A stretch of 64,000 nucleotides of DNA, from contig OY821645.1 in NCBI GenBank assembly GCA_963682135.1, positions 1,408,001 to 1,472,000 on the forward strand, read 5' to 3'. This document shows positions 31,101 through 42,435 of this stretch, in pieces. A program made the translations under genes and the position numbers. The notes below the pieces were generated by a model that saw only the letters and a list, made by a program, of their open reading frames with translations, searched no databases and was not told the origin of the DNA. Origin of the DNA: Methanothrix sp. (lineage in GTDB: Archaea; Halobacteriota; Methanosarcinia; Methanotrichales; Methanotrichaceae). The first letter of the stretch is position 1. Each line of letters starts with the position of its first letter.

Positions 31101-31710
31101 GGATTTTTGGAAATGATGGTGGTTCGCCATTAATATTGGCTGAGAATTATAACCGAGCTGCTACTGGCACCACAAAGACACAAAGCGCACAAAGACGTTC
31201 AAAGAGCAATTCTCGGCAGTCTCCGGCTGGCCGATCTTTGCGTGTCTGTGGTCCAGCCGCGCTCGGCACGCTCGACCGTGGGCCGGGCCGTCCGGGCTCG
31301 CGTCACTCGTCTGCGGATGGGCGCGCGGGCGGGTTCCCGCATGGGCGCGCGGGCCTGCGTGGGCTTGCGGCCTGGGGGGCTGGTCGGGCCTAGATCACGG
31401 ATTTCACGCGAAAGCGCGAAGCTGCGAAGTTCCGATTAGAGAAGGACAATTTTTCGCCATAGCCCTCGGGCCGCGCCGTTGGAGGCGTTTCTCGACAAAG
31501 GCCATCCGGGGCGACAGCCATCGTCCGCCAGGCGGGCCAGGTGTGCCAGGCAAGCGCTCGTGCAGGGTGGGCCGGTATGGGCTTCATTGCGGGCTTTGGG
31601 CCAGCCGTTCTCGGCTGCTCCTCGACTGTGAACCAGGCCGTCCGGGCTCGCGTCACTCGTCTGCGGATGGGCGCGCGGGCCTGCGTGGGCTTGTGGCCTG
31701 GGGGGCCGTA
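31101..31710 (+). repeat. ~500-bp repeat unit, copy 5, plus partial internal duplication
   Basis: TTATAA at 31147; full module order; GGCCGTCCGGGCTCGCGTCACTCG...GGGGGCCG repeated at ~31635-31708. Confidence 0.9.
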
Positions 31711-32160
31711 TGGGTTTGGAAAAGATAGATGCAGAAGAGATCTATGGATAGACAAACCTGTCAGGAGTCGTGGCAAGCTATGGATCAATTTTAATATGAA
31801 TCAGATCATTTAGATTTTTGTTTTGCCGGTTGTGCTAACATGCATCTACCCAAAGGAGGAGTTCCCTCATTCCCGAAGAGATACAAGCGCAGTACTACGA
31901 TCTAAATGATAATCAGATGCCCTATGGCGGAGCCACTGACATTCACGGCTAGATCCTCAGGAAAGTCTCCAAAGAAGAGCAAGACAAGATGATGGCTCGC
32001 ATAAAAAAAGCCTTTGGAAAAGAGTAATCGCTATGTTGCGGGCGGCCATTGACGCGGATATATTCGTTTTCTCCATCAGTTAAAAAAAGCGAGAGTCTAA
32101 CCAAGCGGGAAATCAACCCATATGACATCAAAAAATTCTTATTTCATTTGAGCCCAACCT

Positions 32161-33499
32161 CCCGAAAAGTTCAGGCGCACAAGTTTAGCGCCTGAAGAAT
32201 ATCTCTCTGTTTTTTTGTCATTTCGGTGACGATTATCTGTCCGTCCGCAAGCGCAATTTTCCTTAATTTCTCCAATTGCAAAAGAAGAAGTTCAACGGAA
32301 TATTTGTCTAGTATCTCTGCTTTCCTCATCATATTCATCAGTCGTGACCTGATGATCAGACTCAGGAAAGCGATAAAAATGAATCCTCTTGTTGTCTCTT
32401 CGCCATGAGTATTCAATGGAAGGATGTCAATTTCGCTTTTCAATGCCTTGAAGCTCTTTTCAATTTCATCGCGTTCGCGATAGAGAGAAAGGCACTTCAT
32501 CTCGTCAAAGTTTCCTGAGTAGAATATAATATACTTGCCCATTTTGTTCATTCTTTGTGCAACTGCGTTTTGTTTTATCGTAACTTCAAAGCGATTATCC
32601 ATAACATTCCAGTCGAAGAAGTTTCCAAATCCGTGTGCTTTATCTTTGAAAACTACGTGGGGGTTACTGTTCTTATTCAAGCGCACCTTGAGCAACTCTT
32701 CACGAATATCATAGAGTCTGCTTAGGAGTGTCTGCTTCTCGGTTTGCTCTAATTTGGGATCATAATAAACATACCCCCTGATTTCAATTGAATCAATAAT
32801 ATATGAAATTGGTTTGGCAAAAATGGGATCCTTGTTAAACTTGTGGAGATATTTTACATCATCAAGATCCTTTTGCACTTCCGTCAGCAGGTGCTTCAAA
32901 TCATTCAACTGCAATCTGGCCGCCATAATAAATGAGATTTTATTCGTCATCAGCTCGCGAAGGTTGCTCAAGCTGAAAAATCCACGATCCATCACAGCAA
33001 CATAATTTTGGATGCCATGCGCTTTTATCTTTTTTAGAGTGCCGGAAAGCGTACTGACATCGGAAATACTGCCGGGGAAGATGTCATACATCACGGGTAT
33101 CCCTTTATCCTTATCCAGAATCAGGGACAGATTGATTTGCGGAAGAGACTCGCCATCACGATTGTACCCGTACTCAAGAATATTGATGAGTTGAGAGTAA
33201 CTTGACAGGCTCGTAATATCGTAAATGAGTGTGTCTTTCGTACCGGTTCCCTCGATAAGCTGGGACATGAACCTGTCTGGAATATTGCTTTCACCCAATC
33301 GACCAAGAAGCTCACTCACTCGCTGACTGGTTAGATTGATTTGCGGGGATTCAAGGGCAAGAGAAGTTCCTTCATACCAGGAATCTACATTTCTCATTGC
33401 AGTAGGCCGAATAATCCGGTTGAATGCCAATGCACGAACCATGGACACCTCCGAAGGAGGCAATAAAACCTCTAGATAGCGTTCCAGATTAAGCTCTTC
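32161..33499 (-). mobile_element. IS1634-family element, 5'-truncated by IS66
   Basis: YDITS, GYNRDG..LPQINL, DRGFFS, Y.ERDEIEKSF..LK. The frame stays open up to the IS66 left end. Confidence 0.88.
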
Positions 33500-33960
33500 G
33501 TACGTGTTTAGCCCTCACCTAAATTTTTAAATTTTGCATCAAAATTCATTTAGACCAGAAAAATTAAGTAATATAATCGTAATAATCTTTTATTGGGAGT
33601 ATGGACGAAGGAGAAATTATCAAGCAGCATCGTGAGCTTGTTGAGCAATTAAAGCATGAGAATGAGCTGCTTAAGTTAAGGGTTATCGAACTTGAGTCTC
33701 GCTTAGCTCAATATGAGAATGCACATACCCCACCAAGTCTAAGACGTGGCGGCAATCGCAAAAAAGATCAGGACAAGAAAAACAATGGAAAGCCCGGCCA
33801 AAAAATCGGCCACAAAGGCGTAACAAGACCTTATGCTGCTCCTGATGAGCAAGTGGAAGTCACAATGGACAGATGTCCCGATTGCGGGGCAAAGCTTGGT
33901 TCTCCTTTTCGAATTGATTCCAAGATCATTGAGGAAATCCCTGAACCTGAGCCGATTATA

Positions 33961-35101
33961 GAGGATTCCTATAAACCAGCCCAATTCTTAATATAGAAAT
34001 GTTTATATACTATTAACACCATTATATGTTATGAATTCTTTTACCACTTGGGTATTGCGAGGGCTTAGCGAGACGCAAGGTAAATCTCGGTTATCGCAGA
34101 TATCGGATTTGATCGACTGGTTACCCATTCGCCGGATACTGGATGAGATGTATGACAATAAGAGCGAAAAGGGTGGAAGGCCCAACTGCGATGTAATTTT
34201 GATGTTCAAGATCCTGATACTCCAACAATGGTACGGCTTGAGCGATTTGGAAATTGAGCGACAAATGGCTGACCGCATCTCGTTTATGTCATTTCTTGGT
34301 TTCCCTGATATGTTCCCCGATTCTAGGACGATATGGCTATTTAGAGAGCGCATGGCCAATGCTGGAAAAGATGAAGTTGTCTGGGCAGAACTTCAGAGGC
34401 AATTGGATGCTATGGGTTTACAGGTCAAACATGGAACGATCCAAGATGCCACGTTCATTGAAGCAGATCCCGGAAAGTTCAAGAAACCACGTGGAAAAGA
34501 TGCTAAGACCCGCCGCAGTAGGGATGGGACAATAGCCAAGAAGGGCAATGAATTCCATTTTGGCTACAAACTGCATCAAAAAACCGATATTGATTATTGC
34601 CTGATTCGTGAAATCGAGACTTCCACGGCTTCGTTGCATGATAGTCAGGTTGATCTCTCAATTGAGGATGAAGTGGTGTTAAGAGACAGGGGGTATTTTG
34701 GGGCAAAGGCCAGGGGAATAGATTTTACAATGAAGCGCAGGACAACCGATAAGCCACTGGAGGAACTTGATAAGGAGCGAAATCGATTGATCAGCAAGCT
34801 AAGATCCCCAGGTGAGCGCCCCCATGCAGTGATCAAGAGAATTTTTAACTCGGGCTGGGTGTTGGTTACAACGATAAAGAGGGTTCATATAAAAATGATG
34901 GCTACCGCCTTTGCTTTCAATTTATATCAGCTCTGCACTCTGAAAAAAGCCGGAATCATTTGAGCCTAGCGGACGCTGTCGAAGAATGATCAGAAAAGGG
35001 GGCTGACGAATGAAGTATTTAGCGAAATTGCCTCCTCGTGAAGCGAATTATGCATGAATTTCTGAAAACAATCTCTTAAACCGAAGTAAATAGGAATCCT
35101 C
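33961..35101 (+). mobile_element. IS5-family element nested in IS66
   Basis: TIR GAGGATTCCTAT / ATAGGAATCCTC; 4-bp TSD TATA at 33957-33960 and 35102-35105. Confidence 0.95.
34031..34963 (+). CDS. IS5-family transposase
   Basis: GGRP, LQQWYGLSD, PDSRTIWLFRE, QDAT, FGYKLH, DRGY, RSPGERP. Confidence 0.93.
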   Translation: MNSFTTWVLRGLSETQGKSRLSQISDLIDWLPIRRILDEMYDNKSEKGGRPNCDVILMFKILILQQWYGLSDLEIERQMADRISFMSFLGFPDMFPDSRTIWLFRERMANAGKDEVVWAELQRQLDAMGLQVKHGTIQDATFIEADPGKFKKPRGKDAKTRRSRDGTIAKKGNEFHFGYKLHQKTDIDYCLIREIETSTASLHDSQVDLSIEDEVVLRDRGYFGAKARGIDFTMKRRTTDKPLEELDKERNRLISKLRSPGERPHAVIKRIFNSGWVLVTTIKRVHIKMMATAFAFNLYQLCTLKKAGII

Positions 35102-36071
35102 TATAGTCACCGAATACAAAATTGCGCACTACAGATGTCCCTGTTGCTTGAAAGAAGTTGCTGCAAAAGATCCCGGCTGTCCACATGAAGGCAAATTCGG
35201 AAACAATGTAATTGCGCAGGCGACACTGCTAAGATATGATGGCAGAATGCCTCATAGAAAGATTCACGACGCAATGATGAGACTCTTTGGTCTGAAAATA
35301 AGTCCAGCTACGATACTCGATTTAACTCGTCGCGCTGCTGATGCGGTTCAATCGGAATACGACGCGATTCTAAAGATGATTCGAGGTGCTCCAATCCTGT
35401 ATGTGGATGAAACTTCAATCCATGTCCAGGGAGAAAGACATTGGATCTGGACCTTCTCCACGCCATCGGAGTCTTTTTTCGTGATCCGGAAGAGTCGAGG
35501 CATGAAGGTTCTGAACGGAAGTCTTAACTCGGAGATTCAAGGGAATAATCGTGTGCGATGGTTGGAAACCCTATGCCAGGTTCACAAATCGCATTCAGCG
35601 ATGTTGGGCGCATCTACTTAGAGAGTCAAAAGAGATTGCTGAGAAGTTTGAGGAAGCAATTCCGCTACATAACATGCTCAAAGAGCTTTACGAGACACTA
35701 ACCGAAGCTCTAGAAAGCGATCCTCCGCCAAAAGTCAGAAAGACTCTATGGCAATTGGCGCGAAAAGCGCTTCGGCACTGGGTCATGAAAGAGTATTCTA
35801 TCGAGAAAGTCCGGAAATTTATCGGGAAAATCAACAACGGATTTGACTACTGGTTCACCTTTATCGTAATTCCCGGTGTAGAGCCGACTAATAATCGAGC
35901 GGTGAGAGCGTTGCGACCCCATGTTGTTTTGAGAAAGATCCTGGGCACACTGCGCAATGACAAAGGAACTTCGATTCATGAGCGAATCATGACGACACTG
36001 GCCACCTGGGGACAGAGAGGATTGAATTGCCTCCAAATGCTAACTACGAAGCTGACCAGCTAAACACGTAC

Positions 36072-36184
36072 CCCATAGACATTGATGTTCCCGCGCCGAA
36101 AAAGAAACCTATACGTTTTGCAGAAGATAGCTGACTCTTTAGTTCATCTATTTCTCGTGCAATATCATATTTCTTTTCGGACAT
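36072..36184 (-). pseudogene. SIR2-family protein N-terminal fragment truncated by IS66
   Basis: MSEKKYDIAREIDELKSQLSSAKRIGFFFGAGTSMSMG ends exactly at the IS66 TIR; GAGxS is the sirtuin NAD-binding motif. Confidence 0.75.
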
Positions 36185-36246
36185 GAATAAGTATTCTCCC
36201 AGAAAGGAGAAAATCGTTCTTAAATATATACCTATCTGAAAACAAT

Positions 36247-37580
36247 GGTAGTGTGCCCGCTTTGCTGTAAAATCTCGGTTAAATCCCACGTCAAGAGCCG
36301 ACGTGCTGTGAACGAGATAACAGCAAGTTATTTCTTCACAAGATTTAATAATTAGCCCTGTATCCCCAAAGTTGTCGAAACCTAAGGAGGGACACAGAGC
36401 TATGAATATGGTAGACTTAGCAGAAGATTATCTTATCGATCCAAAAGAGGGTATGAGGAAGTTAATAGCTGGCTATCTAAATGAAGTAATGCAACTTGAA
36501 GCCCAAAAACAAATTCAGGCAGGACCTTACGAGCGCACCGGCAAGAGAAAAGGCCATCGTAACGGATCAAGACCGCGATCACTTAAGACCATTCACGGTG
36601 ACATAACTCTCGATAAACCTGAAATCCGGGAGTTCCCATTCAAGTCAAAAGTATTCGAGAGATATTCTCGTGTAGAGGATTCTGTAAGAGTCGCTGTTGC
36701 GGAATCGTATTTAGAGGGTGTATCAACCAGAAAAGTCGAGAAGATATTCTCGAAATTTGGATTGCATGGCATCTCTGCTTCGGAAGTCTCACGAATAACC
36801 AAACGTCTTGATAAACAGGTTAAAGAGTTCCTTAACAGGCCCATTGAAGGAGCCATCCCTTATTTGTTCGCGGATGCAAGCTATTTCAAGGTTAGAACAG
36901 ATGGCAGGTATATCAACAAGGCATTACTCGTTGTAACCGGCATTCGCGAAGACGGCTATCGTGAGATTCTGAGTGCGGCGGTTGCTGATAGCGAAGAAGA
37001 GTATTGTTGGGAAAGCTGCTTTGAAGATTTGAAAGCCAGAGGACTTGACGGCGTCAAATTAGTGATATCCGATGGTCACAAAGGGATACAGGCTGCGGTT
37101 GAAAAGGTATTCGTTGGTGCATCTTGGCAAATGTGCAATGTCCATTTTATGCGTGCAGTGCTCAAAAACATATCGAAAAAGGATAAAAAAGAAGTTGCGT
37201 ACCTGCTGAAAGATGCTCTTGAAGATGAGCGCAAAATGCAGGAAACAGCAGTAATCCTTGATGGAATGGGTTATAAAAAGTCTGCAGACACAATCGATAG
37301 GTTCCGGTTCGATCTCTGGAATTACAAATCATTTCCAAGATCGCACTGGAGAAAGATCCGGACTACTAACGGTCTGGAAAGAATCAACAAAGAGCTGAAG
37401 CGAAGAAGTCGTGAATCTGGAGCGTACTCTAATGATCAATCACTCCTGAGAGTTGCAGTCTGCATCATGATGGACATCCATGAGGATTGGATAACTGGTA
37501 ATAGGTATTTATCCTTGGAAGAGTAAAAAGAACCAGGATATAGGGCTACTGCGATTTTACAGCAAAGCGGGCACGCTACC
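36247..37580 (+). mobile_element. Intact IS256-family element
   Basis: ~28-bp TIR GGTAGTGTGCCCGCTTTGCTGTAAAATC / GATTTTACAGCAAAGCGGGCACGCTACC; 8-bp TSD AAAACAAT at 36239-36246 and 37581-37588. Confidence 0.96.
36402..37526 (+). CDS. IS256-family transposase
   Basis: RNG.R.R, GVSTRKV, DASYFKVR, SDGHKG, Q.C.VHF, TTNGLERINKELKRR. Confidence 0.95.
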   Translation: MNMVDLAEDYLIDPKEGMRKLIAGYLNEVMQLEAQKQIQAGPYERTGKRKGHRNGSRPRSLKTIHGDITLDKPEIREFPFKSKVFERYSRVEDSVRVAVAESYLEGVSTRKVEKIFSKFGLHGISASEVSRITKRLDKQVKEFLNRPIEGAIPYLFADASYFKVRTDGRYINKALLVVTGIREDGYREILSAAVADSEEEYCWESCFEDLKARGLDGVKLVISDGHKGIQAAVEKVFVGASWQMCNVHFMRAVLKNISKKDKKEVAYLLKDALEDERKMQETAVILDGMGYKKSADTIDRFRFDLWNYKSFPRSHWRKIRTTNGLERINKELKRRSRESGAYSNDQSLLRVAVCIMMDIHEDWITGNRYLSLEE

Positions 37581-37941
37581 AAAACAATCAAATTTTAATT
37601 AAATTTCAGTTCCATTGAATAGAAGACCGATAAAAGCGATCTTCGTCTGCAATCCCGTTCGCTTCCTTTAAGCTCCCACGTTCATATCTTTTCACAATCC
37701 CTCTGCACAATTCCGACATCTGCCGCCATCTTCTCAAATAATTCCTTATATCCTCGCTCTCACCGCAATCTTGGAGGTGAGGCCAAGACCAGCAGACACG
37801 AGCAAGCACTCCTTTCAAGGGCAAATTCCGAGAAGTTGGGGTTCTCCTCCCCCCAACTCTTCCAGCATGGCGGCGGAGCCAGTGCTAAAAACCGGCAGCT
37901 CCCCAGAAATAAATATTAAATATAAAATAAAATCAAGGTGA

Positions 37942-39074
<1,133 letters not shown>

Positions 39075-39075
39075 A

Positions 39076-39429
39076 ATGAAAGAAGTCCTGGCGGTCATCC
39101 AGATGAACAAGATGGAGTGCACCAAAGACGCCCTGGAGGTCATAGGCATCCCATCCATCACCGTCTACAAAGCCAGCGGCCGGGGAAAGCAGAAAGGTCT
39201 GCAAATCCCCCATCCATCCCAGCTTGATTCGTCGAACAGGAACATGTTATTCATTCCCAAGAGGATGATCTCGGTCATGGTGGAGGACGAATTCGTCCCG
39301 GCAGTGGTGGCAGTTATCACTAAGATCAATCGCACCGGCAACTTCGGTGACGGCAGGATCTTCGTCTGCCCGGTGGAAGAGTCAGTTCGCATAAGGACCG
39401 GTGAGAGAGGGAGCGTGGCCATATCATGA
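39076..39429 (+). CDS. nifI2: P-II family nitrogenase regulator NifI2
   Basis: [31 protein letters not shown]. Confidence 0.93.
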   Translation: MKEVLAVIQMNKMECTKDALEVIGIPSITVYKASGRGKQKGLQIPHPSQLDSSNRNMLFIPKRMISVMVEDEFVPAVVAVITKINRTGNFGDGRIFVCPVEESVRIRTGERGSVAIS

Positions 39430-41075
39430 GCGGAGTTGAAAAAACTGTGGAGAGCGTAGTGGATAGTCCGATCCCCGGCGCAAAAGAGCCGATTTCAATC
39501 GCCCACAGCAAACAGGTGGTGGAGGGAATGCTGAAAAGCCTTCCCAAGAAGACGATTGAGGTGAGAAGCAAGCATGTGGTGGTCAAAGATTCCTGCGAGG
39601 TCGAGCAGAAGATCGATGCCAACAGTCGCACCATCCCCGGCATCCTCACCAACCGGGGCTGCGCTTACGCCGGCTCCAAAGGCGTGGTCTTCGGGCCCAT
39701 CAAGGATATCCTGCATATCACACATGGGCCCATCGGATGCGCTTACTTCACCTGGGGAACCAGAAGAAATCTCATGAGCAAAGAAGACGGCAGAGACAAT
39801 TTCGCCGGCTACTGCTTGAGCACTGACGTCAAGGAGACCGATATCGTCTTTGGAGCCGAGAAAAAGCTGGCAGCCGCCATTCGAGAGGCTTATGCCATCT
39901 TCAAGCCCCAGTGCATCTCGGTCTTCTGTACCTGCCCCATCGGCCTCATCGGCGACGATATCGAATCGGTCTGCAAGAAGGCGGAAGCGGATCTGAGAAT
40001 CAAGGTCATCCCCGTGCGCTGTGAGGGCTACCGCGGCGTCAGCCAATCGGCAGGCCACCACATCGCCTCTAATTCACTGATGGAGCACCTGGTGGGCAGC
40101 GAAGAGCTGGAAGACCCCGGGCCCTTCGACGTTAACGTCTTCGGCGAATACAACATCGGTGGAGACTACTGGGTGGTCAAGGATCTGCTGGAGAAGGTGG
40201 GATACAGAGTCGTCAGCCCCTTCACGGGAGATGCTTCCTTCCACGATATCGCCAAAGCTCACCGGGCCAAGCTCAACATCCTGCTCTGCCACCGCTCCAT
40301 CAACTACACCAATCGCATGATGGAAGAGAAGTACGGTATTCCCTGGTTGAAGGTCAACTATCTGGGGGTAGAAGACACCATCAAAACCCTGCGTGACATG
40401 GCCGCCTTCTTCGACAACCCGGATCTGACCAAAAAGACCGAGGCAGTGATCGCCGAGGAGATGGCCAAAATCCAGCCGGTTATCGATATGTACCGCAAGA
40501 GGCTGGCCGGAAAGAGGGTCATGATCCTGGTGGGAGGATCACGCGCTCATCATGTCCGCAATATGTTCGAGACCCTGGGCATGGATGTGGTCGTGGCCGG
40601 CTACGAGTTCGCCCATCGGGATGACTATGAGGGTAGACGTGTGCTCTCCAGCATCGTTCATACCGGACAGTCCAAGGTACTGGCCGATATCCATTACAAA
40701 CGCGATCCCAACGTGGTTTCGCCCTACGACGATGCCGCTATCCAGAAGAAGAAAGAAAAAATTCCAAGACTGATGGACTATGAAGGCCTGCTGCCCCATA
40801 TGAAAGACGGCCAGGTCATGATAGATGACTACAGCCATCACGAGTGCGAGCGCCTGGTGAAGGATCTGGGAATAGATCTCTTCTGTTCGGGAATCAAAGA
40901 CAAGTACGTCTTCCAGAAGATGCACATCCCCTCCCGGCAGATGCACTCCTATGACTACAGCGGACCCTACACCGGCTTTGAAGGCTTCGTGCAGTTTGCC
41001 AAGGACATCGACATGTCTGTGAACAGCCCAACCTGGAAATTCATAAACCCGCCCTGGAGGCAGAACAATGCTTGA
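39426..41075 (+). CDS. nifD: Nitrogenase MoFe protein alpha subunit
   Basis: P-cluster Cys in GCAYAG, HGPIGC and TCPIG; GVSQS.GHH; cofactor ligands CHRS and MHSYDY; YEFAH with a long insertion. Confidence 0.97.
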   Translation: MSGVEKTVESVVDSPIPGAKEPISIAHSKQVVEGMLKSLPKKTIEVRSKHVVVKDSCEVEQKIDANSRTIPGILTNRGCAYAGSKGVVFGPIKDILHITHGPIGCAYFTWGTRRNLMSKEDGRDNFAGYCLSTDVKETDIVFGAEKKLAAAIREAYAIFKPQCISVFCTCPIGLIGDDIESVCKKAEADLRIKVIPVRCEGYRGVSQSAGHHIASNSLMEHLVGSEELEDPGPFDVNVFGEYNIGGDYWVVKDLLEKVGYRVVSPFTGDASFHDIAKAHRAKLNILLCHRSINYTNRMMEEKYGIPWLKVNYLGVEDTIKTLRDMAAFFDNPDLTKKTEAVIAEEMAKIQPVIDMYRKRLAGKRVMILVGGSRAHHVRNMFETLGMDVVVAGYEFAHRDDYEGRRVLSSIVHTGQSKVLADIHYKRDPNVVSPYDDAAIQKKKEKIPRLMDYEGLLPHMKDGQVMIDDYSHHECERLVKDLGIDLFCSGIKDKYVFQKMHIPSRQMHSYDYSGPYTGFEGFVQFAKDIDMSVNSPTWKFINPPWRQNNA

Positions 41076-42426
41076 TTACACACCCAAACAGATGGCCGAG
41101 CGCGAGACATTGGTCATAAACCCAGCCAAGATCTGCCAGCCGATAGGGGCCATTCTTGCCTACAAAGGCATCCACAACTGTATGCCTATCACTCATGGCT
41201 CGCAGGGTTGCTCGTCTTACCTGCGCATGGTGCTGGCCCGCCACTACCGCGAGCCCACGCTGGCGGCAACCTCCTCCTTCACTGAGGATTCGGTGGTCTT
41301 TGGAGGCAGGAACAACCTCAAGGAGGCTGTAGACAACGTGGTCAACATCTACCATCCTGATGTGCTGGCCATAAACACTACCTGCTCCTCTGAAACCATA
41401 GGCGACGATGTGAGCAGCTTCATGGAGGAGATCAAGGAAGAGGAGTTCTTCGATCCCAAGACGAAAGTGGTCATAGCCAATACCCCCAGCTACGTTGGCT
41501 CGCACATCACCGGATACGATAATGCAGTCAAAGCCATCGCCCAGACCTTTCCCAGGAAGAGCAAGCCCAACGGAAGACTGAACATCATTCCCGGTTTCGT
41601 GGACCCGGGAGACATCCGGGAGATCAAGAGGCTGCTTTCCATCATGGGAGTCTCCACGATCGTATTCCCCGATACCACCGATGTCTTCGACGCGCCTCTC
41701 ACCCCGCAGTCAGGCGGCCTGTACCCGCCGGGTGGAACGACTATCCCGGATCTGGTTGACGCCGGCAACTCCCGTGCCACCATCGCTTTGGGAAGAACCG
41801 CCGGAGCTTCTGGTGCTATGGTGCTGAAGGGCAAGTTCGGCATACCTGCGGTCATAGGCCCCATGCCCATCGGCATCAGAAACAGCGATGCCTTCGTCAT
41901 GTCTGTGTCCAGCCTCATGGATGTCCCAATTCCGCAAGATATCGAGTACGAACGGGGCCGGCTGGTGGACATGATGACCGACGCTCATCCTCATTTCCAT
42001 GGCAAGGACCTGGCCATATTCGGAGACCCGGATACCGTTATCGGTCTGGTTAGCCTGGCGGTGGAGATGGGCATGAATCCGGTCTTTGCTCTCACCGGAA
42101 CGCCGGACAAGAAGTTCGCAGAGGAGGTGCATAACCTGGCATCCGATTGCGAAGCACTGCAAGGTGACACCTTCCTTCTCCATCAAAAGATCAAGAACCA
42201 TCCCGTGGATATGCTGATTGGAAACACCTATGGGAAATTGATCGCCCGGGCGGAGGACATCCCGCTGGTACGGGTGGGCTTCCCCATCACCGATCGGGCC
42301 AACCTGCATTATTTCCCAATCATTGGATACGCGGGAACGGCTCGATTGGTGGAGATAATCGGCAACACCTTCCTGGAAAGAAGGGATCGAGACTCGGATG
42401 ACACGCACTTCGAGATGATCCTTTAG
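41068..42426 (+). CDS. nifK: Nitrogenase MoFe protein beta subunit
   Basis: INPAKICQP, HGSQGC, TTCSSETIGDD, TPSYVGSH, GFPITDR. Confidence 0.97.
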   Translation: MLDYTPKQMAERETLVINPAKICQPIGAILAYKGIHNCMPITHGSQGCSSYLRMVLARHYREPTLAATSSFTEDSVVFGGRNNLKEAVDNVVNIYHPDVLAINTTCSSETIGDDVSSFMEEIKEEEFFDPKTKVVIANTPSYVGSHITGYDNAVKAIAQTFPRKSKPNGRLNIIPGFVDPGDIREIKRLLSIMGVSTIVFPDTTDVFDAPLTPQSGGLYPPGGTTIPDLVDAGNSRATIALGRTAGASGAMVLKGKFGIPAVIGPMPIGIRNSDAFVMSVSSLMDVPIPQDIEYERGRLVDMMTDAHPHFHGKDLAIFGDPDTVIGLVSLAVEMGMNPVFALTGTPDKKFAEEVHNLASDCEALQGDTFLLHQKIKNHPVDMLIGNTYGKLIARAEDIPLVRVGFPITDRANLHYFPIIGYAGTARLVEIIGNTFLERRDRDSDDTHFEMIL

Positions 42427-42435
42427 GGGACTGGC

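Larger units (their letters stand above)
33500..36071 (+). mobile_element. IS66-family element, inactivated by an IS5 insertion and a frameshift
   Basis: 13-bp TIR GTACGTGTTTAGC (33500-33512) / GCTAAACACGTAC (36059-36071). Transposase pieces at 33601-33960, 35106-~35515 and ~35517-36063 with KPGQKIGHKG, CPDCG, VDET, QRCWAHLLR, TNNRA. Confidence 0.92.

Noticed and set aside
28085-31710. CRISPR array interpretation
   Set aside because: Units are ~500 bp with no short identical repeat and unique spacer pattern, and there are no cas genes.
27953-31813. Many 60-190-aa Arg/Ala/Pro/Gly-rich ORFs over the repeat units
   Set aside because: They arise from stop-poor GC-rich repeats; frames, starts and lengths differ between copies.
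31720-32030. Possible decayed gene or amber read-through (…GATDIHG*ILRKVSKEEQ…)
   Set aside because: No start codon, family match or pyrrolysine context; too fragmentary to call.
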